DNA of 63,658 nucleotides, counting the filler. It is 13 parts of 13 records of this genome, joined end to end, with 100 filler letters (N's around TTAATTAATTAA, not from the genome) between each part and the next. Parts side by side here need not be neighbours in the genome. Positions count along the whole stretch, not along the records: positions 19,536 to 23,609 come from SRR15195285_4563; positions 23,710 to 29,176 come from SRR15195285_4567; positions 29,277 to 33,192 come from SRR15195285_4570; 10 more parts are not named here. The stretch is one strand, 5' to 3'. Below, piece after piece: positions 20,627-32,600 of this stretch. Position 1 is the first letter of the stretch. Each line of letters starts with the position of its first letter. Position numbers and translations under genes: made by a program. Below the pieces are notes generated by a model that saw only the letters and a program-made list of their open reading frames with translations, was not told where the DNA came from and did no database searches.

Positions 20627-22560
20627 ATGCGCAAGATAGAACGCGCGCGCGCCGCCTATCGGACGGAAATGCAGCTCCTGCCAGTGCCGCAGAAACGCAA
20701 ACAGCCTGAGCGCCCCCCGCCGGAGGCCTCGCAGCCATCCCAGCAGCGACAGCACCGACGCGACAAGAAGAAGAAGCGGCGGGTGACGACCAGTCGGCTG
20801 CACTCCCTGACCAGTGCCAGCGCCACCGGTGCCGGCGAGGCTGCAGCGGCGGCGGTCGGGCGCCGAGCGAAGGAGAGCGAGCTGGGTGTCGTGCGTGCGC
20901 GCGGAGCGGTTCCTGCGTGGGCGCCGCTGCCAGCGTTGGGAGTAGTGCCGCGTGCAGCCGATGTCGCAGCATCACTCGAAGCACTGCGCGCCGAGAAGCT
21001 TGACCAGCTGCGGGCGGTGCTGCGGAAGCAATGCGAAGAGAACGGGCTAGTGGCACCACCACAGCTGGCATTCGAGCGCTGGCGCTTTGGCTGCGCGATG
21101 CAAGCAGAGCAGCAGCCGGGCGGCGGTTCCGCTGACGAGGCGGTAAGACCAGTAGAAAAGCAGGCAGGCAAGAAAAAAAAGAAAAAGCGCAGCGGGCGAG
21201 GCGCTGAGGAGGAACCCCTTGTCCCATCTGGGGTTGGCGATGGCGGCGGACTTGTGAGTGACCTGCTGCGCGCTGGTCTAAGTCAAGAGCAGGCTAGCGA
21301 TATAGCTCGTGGGCTCGATGCTGCATCAGCTGCTGCATCAGCTGCGGTGCAAGCGGAGGCTGCAAAATTCGACCGCGGTGTCGCTGTGCCGACCACGCGC
21401 GTGCCAACCATTGAGTTTCATCGGCACAGCATCGACCTTCGGCTTGGCAAATGCTTCGTCAAACTCAACCGTGAGGCGTATGGTAAGCTGTGCGAGCTGC
21501 ATCGTCGGCACGCACCTGTGAATGAGAGGCTGCCGCCATTAGCGCTCTCCTTGCCAGATGGACAGCATGAAGACGACGGTGCTGAGGCGAATGTTGCGGC
21601 AATTGAGCACTCTCGACCTGACAAAGATGGTAGTGGCCCGCGAAAGAGGGCAGCTGTTCACGCTAGAATTTTTGCGCTACTGCAGCGGTACAAGGCCTTG
21701 CATGGAGCGGGGTTTCACGCCGCATGCCCGCCAGCAGTCTTTGAAATCTTGCGAGAGCGACTAGGAGTGCAGTTTGAAGCTTTCGCGTCGCCGCTGAATT
21801 GCTACTTTCCACGCCACTGCTCGGTGCGCCTGCACAGTGTAGTAAGAAATCAATTTTCATCTGACTGGCTGCATCAGCTTCAATAATTCAAAATGTTTTT
21901 GGCCGGTTTCGGTCATCGGGAACGCAGGCCTTTCCGGATGTTGACGCTCCTTTTGGTAGTGCTGGGAGTTTTTTTGCGTTTGCACCAAGTCGGGGCTCCT
22001 TCGAGGTCAATCCCCCGTTCGTTCCGAGCATAATGGACGCCACGGCTCAGGTACGCTGCAGCCTTTGAGAGGTGCTAATTCTGAATATTGTTAACCTGTG
22101 CAATGCTTCTGGCAATATGTGACAGCATCTGCTCAGCTGCCTAGACAAGGCGTCAGCAACACGGGAACATGTTAGCAAAGCTGCTGGTAAGGAGACAAGA
22201 ACAGAACGAAAGAAAGACGAACAGGGTGCTTCGCCACTCTCGTTTGTTGTAGTCGTACCAGGATGGACGGATGGCGACTGTTGGGCATCCCTTAGCACCT
22301 CGCGTTACCTGCGGTTCAAGCTCATCGTAGCGGCGGAGGATCACGGGTTCTGCGATGGAGCGAGTCACCAGAGAAAAGATCCTTACCGCGAGTCGCCGTA
22401 CGACACAGCAGTGTTCGTCCTGCAAACTGAGGCCGGGGCGCGAAAATGGCCTATAACTTGTGCCGGGAGCAGCGTAAGGCTGCCACTCAAGGAAGCTCTT
22501 GTAGTTGCGTTTGCGCAGGGACGACCGACAGCGGCTGCGAAGAAGCGTCAAAAACGCTAG
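20627..22560 (+). CDS. PCIF1: PCIF1/CAPAM-like mRNA cap m6Am methyltransferase; 3 exons
   Basis: FEAFASPLNCY..CS|AFPDVDAPFGSAGSFF..GSFEVNPPF..|..LSFVVVVPGW. Introns 21824-21927 and 22051-22125. Stop TAG 22558-22560. Confidence 0.88.
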
Positions 22561-22581
22561 TGAAATGTACGGTGCATTCGT

Positions 22582-23609
22582 TCATTTGTACCGTAGAAAA
22601 CCTGCTAAAATGTAGCGAACACCAAGGGTCGTGGCTACACCACAGTGTCGATTCTTGCCACTAAACATCGTTGCATAGCCCATTTCTGGCCGAAACGTCG
22701 GCCGTCCGTCCAGATGAACAAATTTTGTCCCCCCGCCACTAAACTCGCCCTCGCCGCCGCATGTGGCACTACTGTTATGCGTCTTGCTGTTGCTCTGCCC
22801 TGTGTTCAACGCAAGAACAAAAGAAAACTCGGAGCCATCTTCATGCTCCTCCAGAGCTGGCAGCCCCCCAGCCGCAGCCTCATATTTCGCCACAAACATC
22901 TCTTGCACCTCCAGCCTTCTACGCACCAATCCAAATCGCTCTGCGAGTTCTGGCAAGAGCTTTCCGTTCACAGCCTCGTAAAGAAACTCAGCGGTTTGAG
23001 CACCGAGGACCGCGGCCGTTGCAGGGAGATCATTCGTTGGGTATGCCATGTGGCGGTCCCTAGTCCAGCCGTGCCCAGCAGCATGAAGCTCGGCGGATTG
23101 AATGACTTGCCGGCACTGCTTTCGCGACAGCACTGCTCCATCGGACGTGTAGACCTTGCGATGGTGTTCACTCAGTGGCTGCGAGTCCTCGATTATCACA
23201 GCAAGATTATCCAGCGCTGACCGAAGCACGTCCACACGAGCACCAGCTACAGAGTCACGTGACGTCACGTGGCGCAACTGATGCGCAAGATAATCTCGCA
23301 CGCGACACGCGACGTCAAGGTTTTCCTCTGGTTCATGACCTTCCTGCGCGGATAGGCAAGCGAAGCACCAGAGAAGCGAGTTGAGGCTCTCCTTCGCGCG
23401 ATGGACTGCAGCACAGAACTGCTCCATCGACTGCCCTGCCCGACCCGAGCGCCGCAGGACGAACGGACCGATCTCGACGTCAATGCCATCACCGTTCGGA
23501 CGTGGGCTGCTGCGAGCGACGATCCCCGCATCGCGAGCCCTCGCGAGCAAATCGAGACGCCATCGCACGGTCTGCGGGTCCTCAAGCAGAGCTACCTGCT
23601 CCGTTTTAA
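22582..23609 (-). CDS. 2OG-Fe(II) oxygenase (PLOD/P4H-like C-terminal domain), 5'-truncated
   Basis: GWTRDRHMAYPTNDLP, MFVAKYE, HEDGS (HxD), FSGGGTKF, HCG..GVRYIL (distal His and 2OG-binding Arg). Confidence 0.85.
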
Positions 23610-23833
23610 NNNNNNNNNNNNNNNNNNNNNNNNNNNNNNNNNNNNNNNNNNNNTTAATTAATTAANNNNNNNNNNNNNNNNNNNNNNNNNNNNNNNNNNN
23701 NNNNNNNNNGCAGTCCCAAGGGTTCACCGGTCAATGTGTTCATTCTGTTCATCATCGGAGCGCGCGCATGCTGGTGCGTGACCATTCAACATTTGTCGAA
23801 TTGGTCATTTCGCTGTGCCAGCAGGGCGAGGAG

Positions 23834-23962
23834 CAGGGGAGGGGCCAGCTGTACACGCGTACAGGGAGGGGCGATAGCCAGCTGTACAGGGAGGGGCGAT
23901 AGCCAGCTGTACACAGTCGATACAGGGAGGGGCCAGCTGTACACGTGTACAGGGAGGGATAG
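23834..23962 (+). repeat. Imperfect G-rich minisatellite, 5 units of CAGGGAGGGG(CGATAG)CCAGCTGTA
   Basis: Units start at 23834, 23862, 23887, 23923 and 23950 (read directly). Confidence 0.9.
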
Positions 23963-24052
23963 AGCACAGAGGATCCTCAGTCAGCAGCGCGTCCAACAGC
24001 GCAGTGCGGACGGACTAGCGGACAGGGAAGTGCGCTCGCTGGCGGGCCGGGC

Positions 24053-26474
24053 ATGCGCCAGCGGCTGCTGGATCCAGAGGTGGCAGGCTTGGCGACTGCG
24101 TATACGCAGGGCAGGACTGATGGGTGGGGTATGCAGCCAGGGCCGCAGTCGGAGTCGTCGGACAGCCGGACCTCGAGTCCGGAAGGGCAGCCCGCGTTGG
24201 CATCGCGGTTCGCTCGAGGGCTAACACACTTCACCAACCAGTTTCAGCAGGACGCGATGTCATCCATGCAGGCGGGCGACGAGGATGAGAGCGAAGTGGC
24301 TGCCTGGCCCCTCCTTCCAACACAGCTGGTGCAGTCGAACGCAGAGGCGGTCGCTGCATCAAACGAGCTTGATTCGCCGCCTGCACTCGACTCTGGGGAT
24401 GGCGACCCCAGAGTCAACGAGTCAGGCGCGAGCGACGAGCCTTTCGCGTCTCCACCAGAGATCTCGACGGCAAATGCTATCGTCGCGGCCACCAGTTCCC
24501 TCGCAGGCATGAGCGCTACAATTGAAAGCTGCCTGCTTGTGCTCACTGTTATCGCGCTGGGTGGCGTCCTTTTCATCCTCGGTGACGTGCTGGTGCCCCT
24601 CATTCTAGCGGTGTTCATCGCATCGATGCTGATGCCATTCATCGACCTGCTGACCGACCGACCGCTGCGACTATGCGGAAAGTACTGGTGCCAGGAGTAC
24701 TGGTGCGAGCCGGCACTAAGTTTGGAAGAGCGGTGGCCAAACTGGTTTTGCCGAACCATCACGTCCATACTGACGATCCGCTTCCCGAACGTGCTGGCCA
24801 TGCTGACAACAATTGGCATGCTCGGAGTCGCACTTGTTGGTGCGGGAGGGGTGCTCTTCAACTCACTCCAAGCGTTCATCCTACGAGCCCCAGCGTACGA
24901 AGATGAGTTGCAGCACTGGGCGGACGTTGGGGCTCAGACGGTGACTCAGAATAGGAGCATGACAGTCCTCAAATTCATCGAGCAAACATCGGGCTCCGTG
25001 GATACCGCAGGCGTGGACATTTCCGATGCAACAAGTATGTACACGTATTTCACTCAGGGTGGAATCAAGAGCACCTTCGTTCAGATGATCGAGATGATCG
25101 GCGGGACTGTTGCCTCTGCAGCATTAATCGTGATGTACGTGATCTTCATTCTTCTCGGCCGCCAGGCACGTGGCGAGCGCAAGGGCAAGGCCGTCACGTA
25201 TGCCGTCGAGCACCAGCTGAAAATCTACATATCGTGGAAGTTCGCAATCTCTGGAGCTACGGGCCTGCTTGTGGGCTTCACACTTTCGTACATGCGATGC
25301 GACCTCGCAGCAATGTTTGGCTGCCTGACGTTCTGTCTGAACTTCATCCCAACGGTGGGGCTTCTGGTCGCAGTCTTGCTACCGCTACCAGTGGTCGTGC
25401 TCGCGCCAGTCTGTGAGGACAGTCAAGTTGAAGATCTGATCAGTGCTTCCCCTGCTTGGACCGGCAGCATAGATGTTGTCGTCGATATGAAGGTTGCTGG
25501 CGAGTGGTACGTGCCAGCCTGCTCTATGGCTAATCTACTGTCACGTGCATTACCGATTCGTCGTCGCCGCTGCTAACCTCCGTCTGACTCGTACTGCATG
25601 TTGCGTCGTTGTTCCTTGGTTTGTTGTCTTCAGCTGGGCCCAACTGCCGAACCCGTCAGATTTCCCCACGCAAGCGATATTCCAGCAGCACTCGCAGTCA
25701 GTTTGCAACGGTGACCAGTGCTTTTGCTGCGGTCACGAGGCTTGGGATGTTGCTACCCCTTGCTGCGGCACTGGGCGGCACCGTTACGTCTTTGGCATGA
25801 CCGTGTACGAGAAAATCGGATCGTTCCTGATCCCGTATCTGATTCAGATTGTCGTGGCTAACTTCATCGAGCCGATTGTGTTCGGAAAGCGGCTCAATTT
25901 ACACCCTGTGGCGGTACTTTTCGCGCTGGTGTTTTGGTATATGATGTGGGGTGTTGCGGGTGCTTTTCTGTCAGTACCGATCGTGTCAGTGTTGAAGATC
26001 TTGGCGTTGAACATGGACAACGCGACCGCGCAATGGTTCGCACGACTGCTTGAAGGTCAGACAGAGAAGGCGACGCGCGAGTCGGACGCAGAGTATCCGA
26101 AGAATTTTGACTACGGCTCAGTGCGGGCATCCGACAGTGCGAGAGAATCGGTGTTGAGCAGCTATGACTTTGATGCGCAAGCGGCACTCAGTCAGACAGA
26201 TGACGGTGGAGGGTCGTATCAAATGTCTGCGCGTATTGAGCCGAGATTGGAGATCAGGCCTGTCGTGCGGACGCGGTCCTCAGATTTCGGCGGCGGGTCG
26301 ACAACCTCAAGCCCGATCCACAGCCCTACACGCACGTCGGCAAGAGTGTCTGCAGTCCACACGGGATCACTGGGACCTGCAGCTTCGGAAGGATTCACGC
26401 TCGATGGCGGCCAGCATCCTCAGCTCAACCCGGCGAGAAGGTCGCGTAGCGGATCGAGCCTGTCGAGCGTATGA
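24053..26474 (+). CDS. AI-2E (PerM/UPF0118) family transporter with a Cys-rich insertion; 2 exons
   Basis: VLVPLILAVFIASML.P, YISWKFAIS..TG, FCLNFIPTVG, NFIEPIVFGKRLNLHPVAVLFALVFWYMMWGVAGAFLSVP. Intron 25507-25633. Confidence 0.88.
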
Positions 26475-26561
26475 TGCGTCGCTCGAATTGAATCGGCTGT
26501 TTGGGCCGGAAATAAATCATTGAATAACCCTTGAAATGACACAATATAAGGAAGCTGAATA

Positions 26562-27440
26562 TTACATTTCGTTGAGGCCCATTACAGCAATCTTAGCCTG
26601 TGATTGGTGCAAGTTCTTGGCCACGATGTGCTGCTCACTCAATTGAGCCTTTCTTGGCTCAGTTCTGTCACCATTTGCATCATGTGCCGCAACGCTACTG
26701 TCGCTGGGTGGTGAGTATTCCATTTCCTGTCGATGCCGCGTGTCTCCCTTGCTCTTGCTTTTGCTCTTGCTCTTGCTCCTGCTCTTGCTCTCGCCCTCCT
26801 TGTCCTTTCCCTTGTCTTTGCTTTTGTTCTGCCGGTGGTTGCTCGGCTGTGCTCGTCCTGCTGCGGCCAGAGGCTCTGTGGCTCCCCTCCGGTTACTGCC
26901 TGCGTAGCTACTCCCGCGCAGCTTCTGCTGTGTGAATCGGATGCCGTCGCGGCATAGTCCAGCAAGCTCTGCCCATCTAGCGCGATGTGGATGCGCAGCT
27001 AGCCCAAGTGCGGCACCATTCTTTCGCACGCCAAGAGCGACCCCGCCACCGAGGTAGCCCGCGAGACAAAGCACTGCGATGATGAGCGTCACTCCCCCCC
27101 AACCCGTGAGGGATTCTTTGCAGTCTTCGCCTCCCCATCCAGCTGCACAGCGTGTGCACGAGTATCCCGCGCCTTCCTTGTCTGTGGAACCGAAGCTGCC
27201 TCCACAGGAGGTCGTGGTCCACGGTGTGCACGTGTATTTGCCCGCTGGATCATCCTGGTCCTTGCCACACCACCACATCTGCCGCCCGTCCGTCGCATCC
27301 CCCTTGGACCAGTGAGTTGGCTGCTCGCCGACCTCACAGGCCGAGCGCGACGTGCAGGTGTCGTTCAGTCTATACGTCCCATCGCAACCGGCGTATTTGA
27401 TGCCTGTGATCACAAGCTCAGCGCAGTGTAAGAGCACCAT
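26562..27440 (-). CDS. Single-pass membrane protein: Cys-rich/EGF-like ectodomain plus M6PR/ATG27-like TM and cytosolic tail with KS repeats
   Basis: CTRCAAGWGGEDC (EGF-like); TM LIIAVLCLAGYLGGGV; HPHRARWAELAGLCRDGIRF resembles the P..FW......DG..F tail of CD-MPR/ATG27. Confidence 0.6.
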   Translation of the reverse strand: MVLLHCAELVITGIKYAGCDGTYRLNDTCTSRSACEVGEQPTHWSKGDATDGRQMWWCGKDQDDPAGKYTCTPWTTTSCGGSFGSTDKEGAGYSCTRCAAGWGGEDCKESLTGWGGVTLIIAVLCLAGYLGGGVALGVRKNGAALGLAAHPHRARWAELAGLCRDGIRFTQQKLRGSSYAGSNRRGATEPLAAAGRAQPSNHRQNKSKDKGKDKEGESKSRSKSKSKSKSKGDTRHRQEMEYSPPSDSSVAAHDANGDRTEPRKAQLSEQHIVAKNLHQSQAKIAVMGLNEM

Positions 27441-27799
27441 GTGATTGGCCGCCCTCCTGTACAGATCGGACACCCTGCGCCTCTTCTAGCTAGCTAGATC
27501 TAGTTCTACAGCTGAGCTCAGCAGCAGCCCCGGCGCTGGGTATCAGGATACCGGTACGGCTGTATCGAGTAATGTATAGCGTGTACGCAAAGTACCGGTA
27601 CTGTACTACCTCTAGGTATACCCAAATCGCAAATGGGAATCCTCAACGCATTATTCTGTAATTGCATGTAAATTTTCTACCTGCCGCGTGCCGGGTACAG
27701 TGCCCAGATTGGTACCGGTATACAGAGAATACAGAATACAGAATACAACAGAACGCAGAATATAGTGATGGAGCTGGCGGACATAAGGCCCTTTATGCC

Positions 27800-29176
27800 C
27801 TACATCAATTCACCCTTAGCCTGTGCGCTAACGCTGGCTGTATTGGCTAGCAATCGGCTTTGCTTCCGCTGCTGCGCCAGTGCCTTCTTGGCTTTCATGC
27901 GCTCTCGCAACGACCCCACTTGGTTATGGCCTACCTCCCAAGCTGACTGAGACTCACAACCACGCGACACCACAGAGCCTGTCACCTTGCGCGAACCGTC
28001 GTAAACCACAGCCGGCATCATGCGCACAGCACAGACGTGCCCAACTGTCGCGACCAGATCGAAGCCTAATCCAGCCCAGTTGCTCTTCGGCGTAAGCAAC
28101 GCATAGAGTTGTGGCGCCCGACCTAGGTGACAGCGCCGCACTTCAGCGCTTGCACCCGTGAGTTCTTCGCAACAATTCCTGCCACTCCCATCATCTGGAT
28201 CATCTCGCACAATGGCTACAACTGCTGATTCAATGGCATTGGCCACCCCACCTGCTACTGCTGCCTTTCGATTTTCATTTAGCATCTGCACCACCTGCTC
28301 AGTTTTCCGATGGTCCGAGAATATCAAAGACTCTAGAGCAATCAGCCCCTCAATTTGCACCCAGCTGCTCGTTGGATGGGCCCTCATTACAGAAAGTACA
28401 GCAGCAACCCCGCCTGCTTGAGATGCCATCTTGAATTCAGTTGCTGTGAAGCGAACACATCGATATACGTCTGGAAGAAGGCCACATGAGACCCCCACAG
28501 CAAGCCCCGGGTGACGCTCGTTGCCTAGTAGCAGCGCCTCGTTCCCCTCGGCAGCACGCAGACGATCGATCACCCCTGCGCCATCTAGCTGCTTCATCAG
28601 CTGCAGCATTTGTGGTGGCAGCTGGATGGTAGGGACGCACTCTATACACCGCCGCTGACAGTCGCTCTTTTTTAATTGCGAACGAGAAAAATGCTCTGGT
28701 GGACGCCACTCGCAACACGCCACGCATTTCAACCTGTCCAGTTCATCTACATCCGGTGCCACACGGCGCTTCTTTGCAGCTGGTGGCTTCGGATCAGACG
28801 ATGCCTTCCTTGGTGAGACCTCTGCAGGAGCTGGCGAGGCCACAAGGCCACGTGAGGCACCACAAGCCATACGCTTGGAGCGAGGCTGGGACCTTTGCAG
28901 TGCATCTTTGTCAGCTGCTGAGCTATCTCTTCGATGTGGTCCCTCCAGGTGGGAATCACGACCATGGACCTCGAATTCACCGTATTCCGAGTATGGCATG
29001 AAGTTGTCGATTGAATTCATCAACCCATCGAACCCGATTTGTCTGATTCGCTCGGACTTGATCGCTTTCTCAATCCGCCACATTGGATTCGGGTTCAGAG
29101 GCAGATCTGTGTTGGTACACTTTGGCCCTCGTCGTCCTGTACAGGTAATAGGGCCAGACCGTTTGCCTGCGATTTC
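27800..29176 (-). CDS. 5'-truncated protein with an Stc1-like Cys4 motif and an ARM-like repeat
   Basis: CVACCEWRPPEHFSRSQLKK..RRCIEC; AGGVAAVLSVMRAHP...VQIEGLIALESL; NLS-like PAAKKRR. Confidence 0.55.
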   Translation of the reverse strand, partial: EIAGKRSGPITCTGRRGPKCTNTDLPLNPNPMWRIEKAIKSERIRQIGFDGLMNSIDNFMPYSEYGEFEVHGRDSHLEGPHRRDSSAADKDALQRSQPRSKRMACGASRGLVASPAPAEVSPRKASSDPKPPAAKKRRVAPDVDELDRLKCVACCEWRPPEHFSRSQLKKSDCQRRCIECVPTIQLPPQMLQLMKQLDGAGVIDRLRAAEGNEALLLGNERHPGLAVGVSCGLLPDVYRCVRFTATEFKMASQAGGVAAVLSVMRAHPTSSWVQIEGLIALESLIFSDHRKTEQVVQMLNENRKAAVAGGVANAIESAVVAIVRDDPDDGSGRNCCEELTGASAEVRRCHLGRAPQLYALLTPKSNWAGLGFDLVATVGHVCAVRMMPAVVYDGSRKVTGSVVSRGCESQSAWEVGHNQVGSLRERMKAKKALAQQRKQSRLLANTASVSAQAKGELM

Positions 29177-29637
29177 NNNNNNNNNNNNNNNNNNNNNNNN
29201 NNNNNNNNNNNNNNNNNNNNTTAATTAATTAANNNNNNNNNNNNNNNNNNNNNNNNNNNNNNNNNNNNNNNNNNNNACACACACACACACACACACACAC
29301 ACACCTCAAGCCGCGTCGCGCGTGATCGATCGAGCAGCATCTTGCTGCTTGGCATTGCCATTTCAGGCGCGAGAGATGGATCAGCGATTGAGCCAAAATG
29401 GATGACAGTCTCGACCCCGTACTAGTACAATTCTCCCTGATCGAACCAACTAGATCTCTGCATGGTGGGACTTCTCCCACCATTCTGCAATCTCCCGCCA
29501 CCTGAAGCGCAAACAAGTCCATAAAACCAATACTGCAAACAAGTCCATAAAACCAATACAACGAGTAAATAGCTCTTCGGGCTTGTCGCAGCGAGTGGCA
29601 GAAATGAACTGCTGACGGGCGCCGAAATTCATCGCTT

Positions 29638-32600
29638 TCATTCTGTAGATAGTGCATCGCTTTCACTATTCTGTTCACTATCTGTAGATAATGGGTTGTC
29701 TTGCTGTTTGTCTTGCTTATCTTTAAACTCCGCGAGGTTGCCACTTGTACGAAGGCTGTCTCCATCTGGTACCATCATCAAACCATTTGTCATACCGTGG
29801 ATCTTCTTGACGAATGCCTGCAACACGCGCGCCGATCAACGTACCCGGCAATGCTTCCGTACCCGGCAAGCTTTGGTCTTCCAAGCACTGATGCAACAGT
29901 AGCATGGATATTTCATAGATAGGTTAGACACACCTTGCGGCCAGTTTTGAACTTGTCAATGATACCCATAATATGTGCCCGGTCTTCTTCCTTAAAGCAC
30001 TGGACTTTGCTCAGGTCGAACTGTTTCAGCCTCGAGGCAACCGTAGATGGCGACAGATTTGCAATTGACCACACAATAATGTCACGGTAATCTGGGTCTG
30101 CGACGCTTCGCACGAACAGCTCCCAGATACACCCTGCACGTCAGCAGCGTTCTGGGATGAGCGTCTAACAAGAAATCATAGGAACGAACATTTTGTTGCC
30201 ACATGGCTACAAAAAAGTCTGCAGTACTCACACAGGCGTTGAAAGTATGTCGGTCCCACGAGGACTAGCATCTTGTTTGACGCCATGACGAATACAGGTA
30301 GGTATTTGAGAGATTCTTGAATGTGTTCTTGATCGATGCAAAACTTGTCGATCCAAAAGCTACCAGTGCAACAGTTGTATCAGGTGTTCTGTCTGGGAGC
30401 AAGCGGCTGGCGGAGGCTTACATGCATATTGCACTCACGTCGGTTCGCGGCCGTTGTCTCGCTTGAATCGATCCGCAATCTCCTGGAGACCCTCCCATTT
30501 GCTCGTAGGGTCATCGTGCCAGGAATGAGAAACAAAGACTGCAACCCGAACAAAGGCTAGTTTAGTCACATTTGAAATCGAAAGTGTTGTATCGGGTGGC
30601 CGGTGCTGTACCCACAGTCTGGGCTTTCGCAATCAAATGCGACCGTCGCAGCAGTGTTAACGTTTCCATCTGCTCCAGCAAACTCTGCAGAGCTGTTTCC
30701 AGACGGTCGAAACCACTCAAGCGTGAGGTCAGACAGAAGAACAGCCTTGCACTTGGCCTTGCCCTTCAGAACTACATCGTCCTCTCCCTTCGCAGTTTCA
30801 TCGGCGGCTTGAGCGAGTAGACCCGCAGTGAACATTTTTGAGAACTCATGGTATAGTACGTCGACGTTGCCACCGCGTTTGCGGTAGCAGATTTGATACA
30901 CGATCCACCCTCGGGTGCATGATTGGAGTATCCATAAACTGAAACAGACTACACACCGTTTGCAGGTAAACTCATCATTCGAATTCACGAAATGCTCACA
31001 CATTGGTGTTGGCAACTTACAGAAGCAGTCCAGCATATGATGAAGCCATGGCAAAAACGTGGGGTCGCGCTTCATGAAGACTTGCGTCCAGAGCGCAGAC
31101 AGACGAATTGGGAAGAACCACACTAGATACGCCAAGGCGACAGGACGCATAAATGTCTTCATGCTTTTGAGGTATTGCGCTTCATTGCCAGTGCTCTTGG
31201 TTTCGAGGGCTGACTCCAGGCGGCGCAATGTGAGAATGATGTACGCGTAGCCCATGAAATCTGAAAACGTTTGCGAAAATGATTGCCACAGGAACGAGGT
31301 GGTGTCACGCTCCCAGGTTGCAGCTGCATCTGCGCCGCTGGAACCTGCGTTCGGGCAAGCTGATGAGGTAGTGATTTGAAACTGGAGGTGCCACACCCGA
31401 ACAAAATGTCTTTCCATCACTCGTACATACGGTTTTAAACAAAGCACGTACCAAGCTCAACTAGTGTGAAATACAAGAGCTTTTGATCGTCAAAATCCCA
31501 AGCCTGCACACGTACCGCGTGCATCCGCGAGAGGTTGGTTCCGCTGCCATGTACGCACGGGTCTACAATTCTGTACTTGCCATCTTACCGTGGTGTTCAG
31601 ATTGTCGCCTACTACGCAGGCTTTTTGATAACTTCCGGTTATTCCATGAGTCTCGAGGTCCCAGTAAATTGACATGCTTAACAGGAAGATCAATCCGCCA
31701 CAGACCATCGTGACCTGGACGATTCGGAGGGTTACCACTACTCATCACGTTCGACTAGCTCAGTGGCAGCTGCAGAGATGCTCACCATAGGAAAATAGCC
31801 AGAATGGAACAGCTTCGGAATCATGGCGACCGCTACATTTGTAAAGAACACCAGCGAGATCATCCACTTTGCCACGCAAAACGAGGGTATGAACGACCAC
31901 AGAAAATCAGGGCAGTGGTAGTCTCCCAAAACGGAAATCCCGAATTCTCCGTGAGCCTCGGTCACGTGCAAAATTGCGGCAGCAAGCGTGTCGAGAAAGG
32001 CAAACTGCGCGGCACAACACGGCATCATAAGACGCGTATTGGACTAGCTTAGAAAGCAAAAGGCGATGCACTCGCCTTCGACCCCAATGCTACTGAACCC
32101 GTGCATGCAAGCACAGCGAGGCCGGCATCAAAGTGTGCCCAAAATCCAGACTTGTATTCTACAGCCGAGCTATGCAGTCGGTATAGCGTAACCACCAACA
32201 GCCCTGCAACGACTAGGTCCATGCACGCGAGTCAAGATGTCAGATGGACAGAAGACACAGAGGCTTCAAAGTGGCTGCAATCAATGGGTGGCTCGTACGT
32301 TGCATGATCCAGACAGACGCGTAGCCCGGAACTAAGGCCATGGAGTAATAGCTGAAGCGGCTGCCATCTTCGTCCGGGCTATTGCACTGCCCGAGCAACC
32401 GCCTGTACACCCCCACACGCGCGCTTATAGAAGCTAGCACCACAATATATTTCAGTGGACGACGCAACGCACGGGTCGGCAAGCCCCTCCATGGGCATTT
32501 GGATATACTGAAGAGAAGCGCTCAATAAGCATAATCCAACAATCATCTTCATGACCGGATTCTCGAACGCCAGCTCGCCACGCAAGTAGGGCAAAAGCAT

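Noticed and set aside
29509-29559. 25-bp tandem duplication GCAAACAAGTCCATAAAACCAATAC
   Set aside because: Real, but a simple two-copy local duplication in a 3' flank with no other support.
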